Of a stretch of DNA of 64,000 nucleotides, positions 61,634-64,000 are shown in pieces (position 1 is the stretch's first letter; every line of letters starts with the position of its first letter). The translations under genes were made by a program, and so were the position numbers. Below the pieces are notes generated by a model. That model was not told the origin of the DNA, searched no databases, and saw only the letters and a program-made list of their open reading frames with translations. Origin of the DNA: Nitrosopumilaceae archaeon (GTDB lineage: Archaea > Thermoproteota > Nitrososphaeria > Nitrososphaerales > Nitrosopumilaceae); the NCBI GenBank assembly GCA_965214835.1, contig CBDCCK010000002.1, positions 1,984,001-2,048,000 of the forward strand, read 5' to 3'.

Positions 61634-62683
61634 ATGAGTGAGACGGTCAGCTTTGATACCTTTACAGATAAGGAGTTTGAGCAGGGATTCCTGAACATAA
61701 TAAGCCATGGCTCAAAAGACAACACATACAAGTTTGCCTTGGCGCGATTCCTGCTTGATTACAGCAGAGACAAAACCGGTACCCATGTGGATTTTGCCGA
61801 TATTGCAAAATACTTTCTAGAGTATTACTGGAATCAGATATGTAAGATGAAGATGAAACATGCCCCTCAGGCAACAAAAAAACCACAGATTGTAAAGATC
61901 ATAGAAAAAGAGTTTCCAAAAAAATACTATCCCGATACATTTAGAGAGACATGTAGGAAAGAGGAATATGAGGAAAACATCCAAAAGTGCATAGAACGCA
62001 TTGAAAAATTGTGCTTTCACAACGTTACTTGGAGGTTCCAGAGAATCAAGGTCGGCAGGGCAACAGAGGTCAGGATGTTCTTTGACTATAGGATCGCCAG
62101 GAAGACGCACAACAACAAACGGTACGTTGATCTTGACTATGGCATAAACCTGAACCCCGACGCCATCGAATTCTTCAAGCGGCATAACGCGGTTCTTCTC
62201 AAGGCGGTAATTCTTGAATGGGCAAAGTTCCTAGAAAAACTCAACGTTGGTCTCCCAAAGTTAATCGTAAAAACCGAAGGAAAAAACATGAAAAGGGGCA
62301 GCCTGACAAGATTTCGAAGGATACTCAATCCGTTCTTCACTGAATGCTTTTATTGTGGAAAGCAGCTGTCAGATGGAAGGAAGACGCATGTGGAACATGT
62401 CATTCCGTTTGACTATATTGCAGAAGACGATATCTGGAATCTCACCCTAGTCTGCCAGCGATGCAACCTGCAAAAGCTTGGGGCGCTACCGCCCAAAAAA
62501 TACATAGACGATCTGGTTAGGCGAAACCAGGATCACAGGGAGCGGATACCGCAGTTGAAAAAATCCCTTACCCGGCTTGACCAAGACTTTGAGAGGGTAG
62601 TCAAAAACCATTATGAGAATGCAAAGTCACACGGATACATGATCCTGAAGAGCCTGCCTTTGGAAAGAATCTCCAATACGTAG
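61634..62683 (+). CDS. HNH endonuclease with an N-terminal TYKFAL domain
   Basis: CFYCG, HVEHVIPF and NLTLVCQRCNLQK. Confidence 0.88.
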   Translation: MSETVSFDTFTDKEFEQGFLNIISHGSKDNTYKFALARFLLDYSRDKTGTHVDFADIAKYFLEYYWNQICKMKMKHAPQATKKPQIVKIIEKEFPKKYYPDTFRETCRKEEYEENIQKCIERIEKLCFHNVTWRFQRIKVGRATEVRMFFDYRIARKTHNNKRYVDLDYGINLNPDAIEFFKRHNAVLLKAVILEWAKFLEKLNVGLPKLIVKTEGKNMKRGSLTRFRRILNPFFTECFYCGKQLSDGRKTHVEHVIPFDYIAEDDIWNLTLVCQRCNLQKLGALPPKKYIDDLVRRNQDHRERIPQLKKSLTRLDQDFERVVKNHYENAKSHGYMILKSLPLERISNT

Positions 62684-63249
62684 TTTGACGGATCTAATAA
62701 CTACAGGGAACTGAAGAGCCTGCCCTGTTTCATGACTGATTCCGGGTCGCTTGGCTCATCTTTGATGTATATCCACTTGCTTTCCAGACGTACAAGTTGG
62801 CCACATGCAAATTCGTGCATAGTTGATATGGGCAGGAGGTGGCCACACACGTAAAAAGCTCAGACTCAAAACACGCTGATCATCCTGGTGATTTTTTGCC
62901 AAACTTCAGACTTCAGGCAGGACTGTGCGACAAGACAGAATGCCTGAAGGATGGCCGGTCAGGCCGCCCTGGTTTTCGGCCACGCCCAAAGCCTCGCAGC
63001 AGAAATTGGCTCCTTCATACGCGCCCACCAGCTGATCAAAAAGCAATATGCATCATGCGGGGCAAGGGCAGGGCAAGCGCAGTAAAAACGGGCGGGCAGC
63101 CTGTATGGATGCCAGTCAGTCAGTCCGAGATCATGCGGTACGCGCACGCTGCCAGATCCCTGTCAGTATGCCTGTCCAGGTCATCCCTGCAGACAGGACA
63201 CCTTTTGTTGCCGTTCATGCACACAAGACGCGGGCACCATAAAAGGGCC

Positions 63250-64000
63250 CTATTTGGCGTCTGGCCCTATCCTTTTTGCAAGCTGCTCCACCATGAGGCG
63301 CAGGTCGGCAATCTCTGCGCCCTTTTCGTCCTCCAGGCTCGCTATCCTCCGGGCCTGCGCGTCGTTTTCCATGCGCAGCCTTGCCGCGTCATCAAGGGTG
63401 AGGGCCGGCACCACCTGCAGGTACTCCTCTGCCAGCTCCAGCGTGTGGGTCTTGAAGTAGTTGCGGTCAAGCTTTACCAGCCCGGAGTGGCCCATCATGT
63501 ACTCCTTTTTGATCAGGCTGGACAGCGGGGACTCCCGGGAGGAGGCCTCCTTGCACGTCTTGTTCCAGAACCGCCTGAAGCCGTTGGTCATCGGGACGTC
63601 GTGCCTGCGCGTCTTGCCGCTGCCGCCTGAGCCGGATCTGTCGCGGAGTCCCGACCTTGTCAGCACGCCGAGTATGTGCTTTTTTATCATGACCATCGAC
63701 AGCCTTCGCGGAAGGCAGCCGGATCCGACAAACAGGGGATCGCCGGGGAGCGGCCTACGTCCAATCCTGTCGGCGCACTCCGCACGATAGTCGTCAAGCG
63801 CCGCATACGCCTCCGGCGTGATGAAGGCCGGATAGCTCTCGCCGGATCCGCGGTATATCTGCAGCTTTGCGCAGACCGGACGCTTGGCGCCGTCCCGCTC
63901 CCCGCCGTCTGCTGCATCCCCCATCTCAAGTGTACCGTCCGGCATCCTGTACACGGGGACGAGATCCCTCCACTCGAGCCCCTCGAACCCGCCGACCCTG
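63250..64000 (-). CDS. Tyrosine recombinase/integrase, C-terminal part (5' end outside the window)
   Basis: RVGG at the edge, NGFRRFW, MMGHS and RNY. Confidence 0.85.
   Translation of the reverse strand, partial: RVGGFEGLEWRDLVPVYRMPDGTLEMGDAADGGERDGAKRPVCAKLQIYRGSGESYPAFITPEAYAALDDYRAECADRIGRRPLPGDPLFVGSGCLPRRLSMVMIKKHILGVLTRSGLRDRSGSGGSGKTRRHDVPMTNGFRRFWNKTCKEASSRESPLSSLIKKEYMMGHSGLVKLDRNYFKTHTLELAEEYLQVVPALTLDDAARLRMENDAQARRIASLEDEKGAEIADLRLMVEQLAKRIGPDAK

Noticed and set aside
62839-63630. 263-aa plus-strand ORF
   Set aside because: It overlaps the integrase antisense and has no recognisable motifs.

Overview
A heavily mobilised accessory/defence island from an archaeon, most plausibly a Nitrosopumilaceae (thaumarchaeal) host-associated lineage. 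That assignment is inferred from the integrase type, a 'PLKQ'-domain serpin, an S8-HYR-LamG surface protein, a DUF6659-like protein and archaeal TATA promoters. More than 15 IS elements or fragments (ISH3, IS5, IS3, IS481, IS630, IS66, IS110) and several MITE families interrupt a few housekeeping genes and many AT-rich defence-like cassettes (HEPN x3, PIN, TIR-STAND ATPase plus CARF-like partner, ParB plus PAPS-reductase family, Hna-like helicase-nuclease, HNH, two DUF3800). Three candidate undescribed systems stand out. (1) At 54.3-61.1 kb, a tandem array of modules, each made of a conserved covarying stem-loop element, a module-specific tandem repeat and a divergent AbrB-fold gene. (2) Four polymorphic secreted-protein plus membrane-partner cassettes that share one promoter and are linked to a NarX/PilJ-type two-component system. 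(3) DUF3800 genes with structured 3' RNAs flanking a tyrosine integrase that is preceded by a tRNA-Ala/tmRNA-like structure. All calls come from reading motifs by eye; no database searches were run.
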